From Macrostomum lignano (lineage: Eukaryota), in NCBI GenBank assembly GCA_002269645.1, contig NIVC01003980.1, forward strand, positions 1-64,000: a DNA stretch of 64,000 bases, written 5' to 3'. Made by a program: the position numbers and the translations under genes. How positions within the stretch are numbered: the first letter of the stretch is position 1; the number at the start of each line of letters is the position of its first letter. The notes beneath the pieces are model-generated. The model had not been told where the DNA came from. It made no database searches and worked only from the letters and a program-made list of their open reading frames with translations. Below are positions 1 to 38,911 of this stretch, piece after piece.

Positions 1-279
1 TCTATCTGCACCAGCGACCCCAACTCGACATCGGATCCACGCCACTGCTCACCAGGCGTCCAGCGCAACTGCAGCACCCGTGGACAGCATTTATCATGTG
101 CTGCAGGTGGGCAAGGATCAAACAAGAATCAGCGTCAGTCGATGCAACGCTTCGCCTATTCCCAGCAGTCCCACAATGACCCGGACGACGACCAGAATTG
201 CTCTAGCTCTAGCGACAGTGATGCAGAAAATTTGATGGATGAACTAGGAAGAAATATACAGAAATTATTTCGACTGTGA
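1..279 (+). CDS. 3' terminal coding segment of an unidentified gene that begins upstream of the window
   Basis: Frame 1 is open from base 1 to TGA at 277-279 (SICTSDPNSTSDPRHC...DDDQNCSSSSDSDAENLMDELGRNIQKLFRL*). It is GC-richer than the AT-rich sequence that follows. No domain recognised. Confidence 0.45.
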   Translation, partial: SICTSDPNSTSDPRHCSPGVQRNCSTRGQHLSCAAGGQGSNKNQRQSMQRFAYSQQSHNDPDDDQNCSSSSDSDAENLMDELGRNIQKLFRL

Positions 280-634
280 AAGCAGGGTCAGATAACATTT
301 TGTCCTTAATTTCACTTTGCTTTGATATGGATGGTAGATAGTAAAATTTAGTAAAAAATATATAGTATTTGAAAGAGCGGCTAAACAATTTTCTATGAAT
401 CTTCGAACGAAATTCAACGGCTAACAAGACGAAAAGTATTTAAATATGGAATTATAAAACAGGTACTGTATGAACTTGATGGAGAGCAATTCTTCCAGTA
501 GGTGATTAAAATATGTATTCAGTCATTTAAAATATTAGGCATTTAAAAATGAAAGATATTATTTTTTATAAAAACGTAACAACCGAAAAAGGGCGTTTAA
601 AACAAAGATTTAGGTAGGCATTAATTGTTTGCAG

Positions 635-733
635 TTAAAGTATTTACGGTATACGATAGACGCGATCGCGCCGGTATTTGTAAATGGAAACAGATACTCG
701 CAGGAAACATGCAAAAAGGAGATATAGCAAAAG
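635..733 (+). CDS. Candidate internal exon, product unknown
   Basis: tttgcag acceptor and AAG|gtgagt donor, 99 nt, phase 1-1, open (KVFTVYDRRDRAGICKWKQILAGNMQKGDIAK). Confidence 0.3.
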
Positions 734-1136
734 GTGAGTATCTAGCTTTGACACCCAAAGGATTCGATTCGATACGGATTCGATTGGTGTAAGACGTGTA
801 GTAACAGCATGGCACACACGGCGTTGTCCAATTTTTTATGTTGGTTGTGGAGGAAGATTATTTATGAGTTTATGAATCTTCTCGATAGCTAGCAGGTCTT
901 TTTTAGTTTTGCTTTCGTTTGTAGCACAGCCTAAGCTGTAGAAATGCCGGTAGGGTGGATATTCAAACATTTAAAACGATCGTCAGTAACTTTAACAAAA
1001 GTGACCTACTTCAGCGAATATTTAAACTTTCTATCGTCGAGTCAAATTTAATTTATTAACTGACCAAAAAACTGATTTTGAGATCATCGATTAAATAACG
1101 ATTAAAAGCAAAGAGAAGATTGCTTTATTGCAGGTG

Positions 1137-1290
1137 CAGGGTCGGCAGACTCCGGCCCTCGGGTGCTGTGAAACTTTACAATAGCAATCTGGCCCGATCA
1201 AGGTTGGTGTCTCTTCTCAGCTGTCTTCTCTCTCCTTTCGTCGTTCTTTTCTCTCCCATCCTCTACTCTCCTCTCTCATCTCCTCTCATT
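1137..1290 (+). mobile_element. Truncated hAT/Charlie-like MITE carrying a CT-rich tract (family copy 1)
   Basis: Starts CAGGG-TCGGCAGACTCCGGCCC. Shares 'aaactttacaatagcaat..ggccc' with 32655-32705, followed by CT-rich sequence. Confidence 0.55.
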
Positions 1291-2430
1291 GAGGACGCGA
1301 CTACACTGAGGAAACGAGCTCTGCGGACCTGCAGGACGAAGAAGAGGAGCCCGCAATAGTAAGTGATCGCTAAATTCTGTTCCCATGTGTTGTGTCGTGA
1401 CCAGGAGCCCGTAAAAGGGCCGTTCGTCTAACTAACCTTTTCTTACTTTTTCTTACTACTCTACTTTAAGTAGTGCAGTTAATAAATTATTCGTATATTG
1501 TATTGTGAAACGTATTTTTAATCACGTGACATTTTTGGTGGTTGAATTTATCGATCGTGTAACAATTTACTGTTAAATATCAAATATAAGCGGCGGTTGC
1601 CCTAAGTGGAGCTCGCACTTTTTTCCGGCAAAAAGTCTTACCTGCCACGTACTCGTGTTTCCTGTGTTAGTCTGCCGAGACACCACACCATGCTTGCGGG
1701 GAAGTGGGTTTTTCGAGTGACTGGTCACCACTCGTAAACTCTTCACTTTTGTCTCATCTCAAAGGGCCGGCCCGAGCACCACCAGGGAGCGGATTCCTTG
1801 CCTAATTTGTATTCATAGGCTTTTAGAGGGCAGGCTGCCTCGTAGGTAGTGGTGATCGCCCGGCGTCCAGGGAGGAGGCGAGATCAGCCACGTCCTGGCA
1901 GTCAGAGGTCCCTGGGGGCCATAGCTCAGCTTTGAGACAAAAACGGCACAATCGATATTTATGACATTCTGACTATATGTGACCTTTGGCTTTTGCTTGG
2001 TCAGCCCGATGCAAAAGCGGATAAAACGGTGGTCCGAGAGCGAGTCTTCGTCCTACAATTTCGCTAACCCGACATGTAACTGCGAATACATGTAGTAGTC
2101 CGGGTGAGGCGATGGTGGTGTCGATGACTTCGATGACCGCCCGTTGTTGAACGTGAGTACACTGTCCACGTTGCTTTTGACTTAGGCCAGCAGTTCTTCG
2201 CCTCTGTTGTTGGTGTTCTTGCTACCCCCAATGCATGTGGTGCGCATTTAATTTCCTTTCAATGAGCAGCTCGAACTGATGGGACACGGCGTAGTCAAGC
2301 TAGCGCGTCGCAGAACACTCGATTGTCGCGCGAAAAGTAGACGGATGCTATACCAGCGCATATTTATTGGGAAGGAGGTTATTGATTCAAAAAACACAGA
2401 TGTCCCTACAGTCCAAGGGTCAGGTTTAAT

Positions 2431-3379
2431 TCATGCCTCAAAAGCTTTTGCAGCAAAAATCAAAGATCTTGAGCGAGGCTGGGAGTCTGCCATGCAAAAG
2501 CAGAGCGTGGTAGCCAGACGGTACATTATTGGCTTACCTTTAGTCATCCAGGGAGCTATTTCTATGTCGTGCGCACCAGGTTGACTGACGCCTTCACGCA
2601 GTGCTGGGTGTTGGTCTGCAGACATCAGGTGTAGACGCTGGCATCATTGCAGATCGGGCGTTGCAGCCGTCAGAAGTTTCTCCTCCTCCTCGGCGCTCCA
2701 CCAGCTTCGGGTAGGGATCACCGGTGTCCATGGGCTCCTCTTCAACAAAAAGCCCCTGACCAGCAGGAAGGCAGCCTTCGTCCATCGGCTGCAGGGTCCT
2801 CCACCTCGGATTGGTCAAATGCCCTGGAGCAGCCAGCCACCTGGGCAGGGAGTCCTTCTCAGGTCGGCCATGCCCCGAGGGGTTGGGCCCAGCTGGGACG
2901 TCCCTGGACAAACTGGTGTGTCTGGACGTCCGGGCGACCTCTCGCCTCAGCTGGCTGATTTTGGCAATGCGGACCGCTTCATCTGCTCGGCCGTCTGGTG
3001 CTGTGCGCTGGGTGTTGGTCGCCTCCGCCCTCAGCAGCTCCCGCCTCCGCCTCGGACGCTTCCGCGTCCCGCCCAGCCCGCCTTGCTTACTGCCATGGGG
3101 AGGGTCGGCCTCGAAGGAAGGAATGCGCAGCTTCTAAAGACCAACGTTGATGAAACTGTCGAGCGGATAGCGCCACATCACGCCTCATCAAAGCGTCCGA
3201 CAGCCCCAGGCTGGCTGTGAATCCGGTGCCGTCTGTGCGCTTTTGGATGCCGTGCACGGACCGAAAGGAGCTTGTGGTGAAGCGGTTGCGGCTGACGGGA
3301 CCAGGAGACCAGGAGGAGCTTGTGGCTAAGCGGGTCAAAAGTTCGCTTTAGACAGAGAAAGAGAGGTAGATAGATAGAT

Positions 3380-3416
<37 letters not shown>

Positions 3417-4042
3417 AATTACGGTGTGTCTAAATGCACGAACTCTCACTTCCGGACCAATTGTCTGGGCACGAAATTGAATGATCACTTACTTTTCACG
3501 GGCTCCTCTTCTTGTAGGTCAGATTCCAACGGCGCGCAGGGGTTGAATTCTGAAGTCGGGCGAGTATAAGAGCAGTTGTAGTAATCATAACGCTTTAATC
3601 CGTCGACATTAGTTTCTTCCTCGTATTCAGTGATCAGAATCAGGGATGCTCCCTCTTAATAAAATAAACTTTATGACAGTAACGAGGTCCTCGAGGAAGG
3701 GCGTCTTCTTCTAGAAAAAACAGAATCAGAGTCGCGTGCTCTTATCTGTTACTCTAGAGTACCAAATCAATAAATCGATAATCGTTTAAGAGTATCGGAA
3801 TTGGTCCAATGGATCGTATCCAATCCCTTAGGAATATATAGGCCTTTAATTCAATAAATCAACAGAAATCAACTGATAAATCACAGGCGATAATGACTCA
3901 GCTTTAACTAATCAAATAACAAAGACTTCAACAAAGGCTTACCCATTGGTGTAAACTTCTCTCAGAGATGTAGCCTCGTTCCAGTAGTAGTTCTGGATGG
4001 GTCTCAAGTTCTCTTGAGGCTGCTCCGAGTTTGAAATTTCAG
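2431..4042 (-). CDS. Unidentified multi-exon gene (partial model)
   Basis: Phase-compatible exons 4042-3943, 3826-3763 and 3710-3493 with GT-AG introns of 116 and 52 nt. They read AEISNSEQPQENLRPIQNYYWNEATSLREVYTNGDWIRSIGPIPILLNDYRFIDLKKTPFLEDLVTVIKFILLR/GASLILITEYEEETNV...EEEPVK, needing one frameshift near 3652. A GC-rich exon-like block follows at 3340-2430, with AATAAA on the minus strand near 2355. The downstream frame is unresolved. Confidence 0.4.
3361..3414. repeat. (GATA)n/(GA)n microsatellite
   Basis: Directly visible. Confidence 0.95.
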
Positions 4043-4197
4043 CTCGGATTGTTGTTTAATTGTCGCGCCTGTTAATACGCACGGCGCGTTGAAAATAAAC
4101 ACCTAATGGAAGTTGAACTGATTTTTTGAGGTTTACAAATTTTATCCTTAATGTGATTGCCTTTTCATTTTGCACTATTTAGTGCAAATAAGTGTAA

Positions 4198-4460
4198 CAC
4201 TGTCCACCATTGAGTACCCGAAAACCGTGGCACAGAGAGTACATATTATCCACCATTGTCTCAGAATCTGTGGCAGGGCACACATTGTCCACCATTAAGT
4301 ACTCAGAATCTGTGACACAGGGAGCACACATTGTCCACCATTGAGTACTCAGAATCTGTCACAGAGGGCACATATTGTCTATTATTGAGTACTCAGAATC
4401 TGTGACAAATGAGCACCGATTGTCCACCCTTGAGTACTTAGAGTGAGCAGACATTGTCCT
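4198..4460. repeat. About 45-bp minisatellite (tgtccaccattgagtactcagaatctgtg...), about 6 degenerate units
   Basis: The motif recurs at about 4201, 4247, 4287, 4332, 4376 and 4421. Confidence 0.85.
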
Positions 4461-4978
4461 CTCAAGGACCACTGAAGTCACTTCGTTAGGTAGTCTTCTA
4501 AAGTAGTCCTTGTGTCCTCTCTTGAGTTCCCAGAGGGTGACAAAATGAGCACTTTAGTGACAATGGCAACCGTTCTTTAGCTAGGCAGATGTTTTGGACC
4601 TTCAATCGGTGACTATGGACATCCGGCTTCGAATTTCTCTAATGTCGTTTATCAAGCCTTGACGCTGGAAACCATTTCCTAGTATAAAAAACAGTAGAAA
4701 TTTATTCCTACTATTAAATGTCAAAGATTCTTTTGTGCAAGCTGATCGTTTAAATTAATGAAGCCCGACTGTCACTTCCAGGCACTGTTCAGCATCAATA
4801 ACTTTTCACAAATTGAACATGCTCTGTCGTGTTGTCCCCAAGCGCGAAGCGAAGGCCTTAAAAGTCCTCGATGACACAAGTAGCTTCCACCTGATAGTTG
4901 AACTCTCATGCAGAGTCTCGATCGCGATGCAAAAATCGGCCGACTTGATTGTCTGTAAGGTCAAAAATTGTCTCAAAA

Positions 4979-5611
4979 GGGGATGTGTACTTAAGAGTCT
5001 AAATGGAGCCTGAAGCATTGGGTCCAGATTTCTCTAAGCCAATCCCTTCATTTGGAGCCAAATAGCTCCCGTTATGCCAAAAACCCGACCACTTTAGCAT
5101 TTGGGGATCTCTATGGGGAGAAATGGGATAAATGGGATTTCATGTGAACTTAAAGCTCTATGAGCTTGAAATACTTAAATGACAAGATGACCAAGACGAC
5201 CATATGACCAGAGCATTAGCATAGTCATCTGGCGACCCATCTGGCGACCAGATCATCAGTCCCAGAACGACCACACCACAGGCTCTGCTGAAGAGGGACA
5301 GCTGCACGTCGAACATCGCCCGCCGCCGGCAACTTCAGCCGCCCCGACTAAGGATCCTCCCGTCTCATCCCCAGTTACTGCCTCGTCATCTGCTTCATGA
5401 CGTCAACGCCCTCCTTACCCCCATGACTGCAATGATGCAGCAGAATCAGCTCTCATACCGCTCTCATCCTGCTCCACTGTCCTTCATTGTCATTTTAAAG
5501 GTTCGTCTCCCGACAATCAACGGCGCTGACCCTGCCGCATTCCCGTAGTCCCGTATAGAAATCGGGACCCAATGCTTCAGGCTCCATTTTGACTCTTAAG
5601 TACACATCCCC
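4979..5611. mobile_element. Non-autonomous DNA element with about 47-bp terminal inverted repeats
   Basis: GGGGATGTGTACTTAAGAGTCTAAATGGAGCCTGAAGCATTGGGTCC at 4979 is the reverse complement (1 mismatch) of 5565-5611. No transposase ORF and no clear TSD. Confidence 0.8.
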
Positions 5612-5822
5612 TTTGAAAGAGTAATGTCCAAAAGTACACTGACTGTACAAACCTGTTTAAAAATCATTGCTACGCTCGTAACAAACCCGATTGGGCCAAT
5701 AGGGCCGATTTTATGTTTGCCTGTCAGAGTTGCTATAACTATAAAAGAGTCCTATCTGACTGGAGATGCCGAACTGCTTACCACAAACTCAGCTGCTCAA
5801 AAACATCTCTCCGAGCAGTGAA

Positions 5823-6560
5823 ATGTTCCGCCCAGCAGCGACTCTCTGCGTTCTGTTCTGCACTGCCTTCCTGTTGACTTTCGTCACCTGCAGGTTCGTC
5901 CGCTTCTCCTACCTGGGATGCTACAAGACCGATCCTCACCCAGAGACCTGAACGGGCTCAGTGGAATCAGCAAGATTGGTGGATTTGATGTCGATAACGG
6001 GCGAGTCAAAAGTACTACGGAGATGTCGCACGAGCTGTGCAGCGGCATCTGCTCGATAGGCAGCTTCCCGTACTTCGGAGTGCAGTATGAAAAAGAGTGC
6101 TACTGTGGCCACTCATACGGATCCCATGGCTTGGTGAGCGAAGCCGACTGCAGCAGGGATTGCGTGGGAAACGCAATGCAGAAATGTGGCGGCGGCTACA
6201 AAAACTCCGTGTTCTCCCTGAGCTACCCAGGTACTGTTCTGATTTCTAAGTCTTAGTACCTATAGCCAGAATGAAAGCATGCTAATTATTTAAAAGTTGC
6301 ATCTTCGTTCAACTTCAGTTTCTGACAACAACATCTACACGGTAGTGAAGCAGTCCAGCCCTCCCGTGACATCCGGTACGACTTCCGTCTGGCCTGTCGC
6401 TGCCCAGTCCGTCGAGGACTGCCTGCTCCGGTGCAGCGCCAGAGCCGACTGCCAGGCCGCCGTTTTCTCCCGACAGGAGCTCGCCTGCCACCTGCTGGAG
6501 TTCGTGTACCCGCCTGGCCACCTGAGCGGACCCGAGTGGACTCTGTTCGTACGTGGCTGA
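5823..6560 (+). CDS. Secreted WSC-domain + PAN/apple-like protein (2 exons: 5823-6230, 6319-6560; 1-nt frameshift near 5924)
   Basis: Signal peptide MFRPAATLCVLFCTAFLLTFVTC. WSC signature YLGCY.D..PRDL...CSGIC...YFGVQY..ECYCG...C...C.GN..QKCGG..NSVF. Intron CCAG|gt...ttcag is phase 1. PAN-like VEDCLLRCSARADCQAAVF...ACHL. Confidence 0.85.
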
Positions 6561-7067
6561 GCTCGCGAGTGGTGCGGTGACCGACTGGCTTAGTTGAGCA
6601 TGGACTGAAGCAGACTGTATCAACCCGTCCTTGATGCGCAATCCCACATCTTCGAGACAAATAAAGGTTCAACCTAAAAAGCTCTGTTGGTTTTATTGCA
6701 GAAAATCTGATTGAAGGGTTCCGTTCGTTTCTGTACTGTTTTTGGCGCTTAATAACTTCCTCTTGAAAAATCATTAGTAATGGATTTTAAACTTTCCGGA
6801 TTTTTTTCTATTTGATTAAATTCAAATAAGTATCATTGAGTGGTAAAACAAAACAGAATCATTTCAAAAGTACGGATTTTCGCTTTTATTTGTATTTTTC
6901 TGGATGCTTTTGCTTCCAAAGAGACGGCTGCTTTGTGGAATCGCATTTCGGCATTACTCTTCTAGGTACTTTGTAGCTTGAAATTACTATGAGAATCAAC
7001 CTTGGACAAAACATACGCTTGCTTCGTTTGCAATTTTTTAATTCCCAAGTTGACTTTTTACATAATA

Positions 7068-7308
7068 CCCAGCGACATTAAAAAGTCGCCATCACAGAAG
7101 ATTCTACCTGTGGTCGCCACTTTTCAGAGTGCAGGTAAAGTCTCTCAATCTTTGCGAGTGACGCAACTTAGCTACGCCGCGGCAGGCTTGAGTTGAGGAA
7201 TGAAGTGGGGGGAGCGGTGTGCGAGGGTTACGGATTAAAGCTACCCCGAATAGTCTAAGAGAAATTGCTCACTGGCGCATAGAGTGGCGACTTTTCAATG
7301 TTGTTGAG
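7068..7308. mobile_element. MITE with TA target-site duplication (copy 1)
   Basis: TIRs ta|CCCAGCGACATTAAAAAGTCGCCA and TGGCGACTTTTCAATGTTGTTGAG|ta. Body is homologous to 8445-8715. Confidence 0.85.
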
Positions 7309-8273
7309 TATACACTAATATACGGTAGCTTTCTCACCTCTATGTTCTTCCATGACTGTAGTTTGTTTGCCTATGGACTCAAGCAACTCTGTAATTAATC
7401 ATCCACACAACCAACGGCAATTCTGCCAATTCAGCTGATTCCTAAACACATACCAGCTCGCAAATACTGTATACAGGCACGCAATCATGCACACTCTCAC
7501 ATAGGGTACACAGCGAAACTGAATTTATGACCATCAGGCATATACACTGTCCTGGGGGTTGGACCTGATGCGTGTACGTTCGTGGGAATCATACGACAAC
7601 ACATGTTGCTAATTGTCGTATACAAGACCCAAATTGATGCAGCTGGAATCTGGAATCGAATTATCGAACTAGTGGCGCGATCGAGTCAGGTGCGGGTTCT
7701 TCTGCTATAAGCAACGTTGCAGCTGCGGAAACAGTCCATGACGCTTAACAATAGATCAATTGTTGCTCGCTTCCTGTGGGATTTTTGCTTGATTTCCTTT
7801 AGACCGCCCAGGCTTAACTTCCGTCAAGGATGTGCGGGCTAACTTTTACCATCTTTAGGGCAGCAACCGAAAGCAAAAGATGCATGGCTTAAAAGACGAT
7901 GCAAAACATTAGAAAAGCTTTTCTTCGGCATCTCCTTGACAAAGTCACAATAGTGGAAATAGTTTCCGCAATTCCAACTGTAGAACTATGGAAGTCTGCG
8001 GAGCATTGAGCCATTGTTTAACGCATTCAGATATACCCGAAAGATCTCATTTTTAATGACACGCGCCTGCATGGCATGGCTAAAGTCTGTGGCTACCAGA
8101 ACAATTGCATTAGACTTTCGCTTCACTATAGACCCCTATAAGCTTCGATCGATTTCAAAAGTTAGTCTGGAAATGGATGGAGCAATGGAAAATTAGGCCA
8201 GCAAGGAGTGTGATCCGACAGCAATACTGATGTTCCACTAAAGCTCGGATCCTGAGTGCGCTTCTCTTATCTG

Positions 8274-8335
8274 CAGGGGCGTCGCCACCGAGGGGGGGGG
8301 GACATGTCCCTCAGTAAAAGCTATGGGGGGCCAGA
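8274..8335 (+). mobile_element. Remnant terminus of a GC-rich MITE (CAGGGGCGTCGCCA...G-run)
   Basis: Terminal motif resembles the 43422 element type. The other end was not found. Confidence 0.35.
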
Positions 8336-8444
8336 TCTTTGTTCCCGAGGAATTGTGAAAACCGATGATACCAATGGCGAATACAACTAAAACTTTCTTT
8401 GTTGCACGACATGTTTCGCTGAACACGCAGTATCGTCAGGTATA

Positions 8445-8715
8445 CTCAGAAACATCGAAAATTCGCCATCACAGAAGATTCTACCTGTGGTCGCCACTTT
8501 TGAGAGCGCAGGTAAAGTCTCTCAATCTCTGCGAGTGACAGAACATAGCTACACCGTGGCAGACTTGAGTTGAGAAATGAAGTGTGGGAGCGGTGTGCGA
8601 AAGTTAAAGACGGATTAAAGCTACCCGATCAGTTTTCTCGTATCGTTTAGTTCAGAATAGTCCAAGAGAAATTGCTCACTGGCACATAGAGTGACGACTT
8701 TTCAATGTTGCTGAG
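8445..8715. mobile_element. MITE with TA target-site duplication (copy 2)
   Basis: TIRs ta|CTCAGAAACATCGAAAATTCGCCA and TGACGACTTTTCAATGTTGCTGAG|ta. Aligns to 7068-7308 with an internal insertion of about 25 nt. Confidence 0.85.
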
Positions 8716-9799
8716 TAAATTAGTGAGAACCAACACGGACGCAAAATATAAATTTGAGCACGGTGTACAGATTAGCTATAAATGCGCAAACATAATTTAC
8801 ATAGTCGATGGAACTAGAAGATTCTGAGGTGCACACTGCTGCCTCTCCCTGCTAGTTGAACGTTTAGGGAGGGTTTGAAATCTTTGATGTGCGTTGACGA
8901 CACTCATTTTCTAATACGATCTTATAAGTTTGTTTTACTTGTACATCGAAAAATTAAAAAAATTGAGTTCATATACTCTCGGTTTTTCTCCGTCCGCTGT
9001 TTACTCCCTCTGCGCATGGCTTTTGTCCTGTGCCGTAAGACAACCTCTTTAAGCGAAGACTTAATTAGTTTATTATGTGTAAAATTCAGTTATATTTCGC
9101 CAACTTCAGCTTCAACCAATTGGAAACTTAGATTGATCGATCTCTTTATTTAGTAATTACTACATTAATAAATACTGCTCATGCTGTGGGTTCAGCGAAC
9201 CATGCCGTGCAACAAATAAATATTTAGTTTTATTCACCATCGATATCATCGGTATCCACAAATATTCGAAATAAGCAGAATGTATCCTCATACGTTCGGG
9301 ACTTGTCAAAATAATTAAAATATAATCCAAGATGCGTTTCCAAGTCATACTAGTGAAATTCCAAACAGCTGTGAATCAGCGCCTACGAGAAAGCGGTGAC
9401 CTGAGCATTGGCATGAAAGTTGATATTTCATCGAATGAAAGTTGGTATTGAAGCTAAATTGTGCTCATTTGTAATGTAGTTAGCGATGGAGCACGGCTGC
9501 TCAGTTTTGGATGCTGTGGTCACCACAGTGTATAAATGCATCCGACCATGGTCGCTGGACTTTGTAGGCATTGAACTTGAGATGACCGTCCTGCTGTTGA
9601 TGACAGAAATTACGATCTAAGCAGGGAAGGATCAAACAAGCAATGCTTTCGAGTGATCTCCTGCAAAGACTGGGGATACTCGTCCAAAAGTGCAATCTTT
9701 ACAATCAACAAATTTTTGCCAACAGTCAGTTTTTTCTTACGTGTCTTTCGTGCATCGCTTCATTGAGCAATTGCCGGTAAGCTGCAGTAACTCGACTAA

Positions 9800-10330
9800 A
9801 TGACTGTGTACCCCCCCCTCCCCCCCAGGGATGAACCGGGAGCTGCGAACCCGTCTATTCCTACTCTAATACTGCGAGAGTTCACTGCATAACTCGTTTC
9901 CACGCGCGGCACCCCGGTAAGTAAAGAGACTCGCACCTGCAGTTTGTCGAAATCCAACAACGCGCCCGAATGCACCGCTAACTGTTGCGTATATTTTGCT
10001 ATTCACTTCACTACCGTCAGTGGGACACAGGGCGCGCGCATAAATAGCAAAGCAAAAAGGGTGAGGGTTAAACCGACAGACAAAGCAAGTACACCCAACC
10101 CAACTGGCTAGCCAATCACAAGCTGCCGCGGGAAGGGTGGGGCAACAGAGCTGGCCCGCGCACGAGCTGACCGGGCCCTGGGCAGGCCGTAGCCAGACTA
10201 GAGCGAGGCCTATAAAGCCCCCAAACCCCAGTCCGACCGGCCAACCCGATGAGAGAAAAGGCCGGGGGAAGCCCTCACTGACGCAGCAAGGCACAAACAG
10301 GACCAATGCGCTCTTCTTCGGCTAAGGCAT
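9800..10330 (+). promoter_or_regulatory. GC-rich promoter-like or LTR-like segment
   Basis: CCAAT box at about 10111 and cctataaag TATA-like motif at about 10210, inside a GC-rich island with no credible ORF. Confidence 0.25.
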
Positions 10331-11992
10331 CCGTCGAAAAGTTGGATAGACGCTGTTGTCATGGCAAAAAATGTATTCTTCCTTTGACAAGCAGCAGTCC
10401 CACTGCTCCAAACTTTGGAGGACCAGTTTCATAATAAAAGTGTAAATTCTGCTTCATCCAACTACTTTGCAAGACGCTTTTACAGGTCCAAAAAGGACAA
10501 TTACGTTTTCTGGAAAGATGGAGTTCAAATTTGGCGGTAGCCCTTCATTTTTAAGACAAAAGATGACAGTGCTTCGCAGTGACTTACATATAGGGGTTTC
10601 ATTTAGCAGCGCCTTAAAATTATATACTTCGACCTATTGGAAGTCTCCGATTGGACTGCATCAACGTCGAATCTCAACATTTGAAACGTCCTTGAACTTC
10701 TTGATTGTGTGAGCTAATACGAGCGTAGTATCAAATGGAATGCTACATTTGTGGTTCTCTTATACTCGTAAGACAAAAAGGTTCGCAATTGAAATGGTGT
10801 TCAATTATCGATCTTTCGGTGGGCGGCAAGCCTTTTAGCTTATAGCTGTTTATCTGACGAGCTTGCAATGCGAATCAAAGAAAACAAACAATATATGAAG
10901 TATTCGATTGGATTTTCCTTCTCACTGTGCTCGCAAGCACCTACACTTAATCTAATTCAGAGTGAACGAGCTACTCTTGTCATCAACCATTCATGTACTT
11001 TAAGCTTTAGCAAGGACTAGGGTGCAGCAAAGCGTTCATTGATGTCTTCCATCAATTTTTTTGATATATCAACGATATATTTCATTGATGTAACTACATT
11101 ATAAGCCAATAAAGATTCCAATCAAAGGCTTATATACAGCCGAGCCCACCCAATTCGAACCAAAATACACTTTATGTACTTATTTTTAAGTGTTGTAATT
11201 AACAAATGTTGTAGCTCTTAATTTTTTCCCGCATACTCTTTTTCGTCTGTATCATGAGATAATACAAATTACTTAGCACATGTACAGTAATGATGGCAGC
11301 TTAATATAGATTGATTATATTACAACAGAATTAATTCTACAAGGTTTTTTAAAGACATTGACGGTGACGTTGAGAAACGATTATGATGAGACAATCTATT
11401 ATACTTTGCTCAATATAGTACATTTAATTTGTTTACTAGACACCGTCATAAAGCTGAAAAATGTGCACAATATGTTTAGTTCGTAAAAGTACAAGCGATA
11501 TTTATGTCAATAACCGAAACCAAATGAAACAAAATATATTTCAAAGGCAACTTTTTGAGTACAAAAACGCAGTGTGTACAAAAAGGTACAGTTATTAAAT
11601 CATACATCTAATCGCTGTAATTTTGTGCATGTATGCGTAAAACAAACGTTAATAATATTAAAACGCTTTTTAGGCTTTATGGTTTTCAACAAAAACTTTT
11701 TAGAGAATAAAGTTGTTTTTCATTTTTCTACTTTTAAACCTCAATTCAATTTAATAATTCAACAAAATCTGCATGTCGGCTCACGAAAACGAGAATGGAT
11801 ATCAAGTCGTCTTTTCAAATAAAGTCGATCGGTAGCTACGCAAAATTACAAAAACTGCATGATAGATAATCGAAAAATATAGAAACAACAAAAGAGCAAC
11901 AGATACATTTTGAAAGAAACAGAACGACATGGGTTGCAAATATTTTTTACTAAACAGATTACTAAATTAGATAAACAAGTACACTTGGAGCT

Positions 11993-38911
<26,919 letters not shown>

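Noticed and set aside
2431-2911. Possible Gypsy pol fragment (HDIEIAP..GKPIMYRL, DTGDP)
   Set aside because: No RT, RNase H or integrase motifs or LTR pair found; the resemblance is only a few residues.
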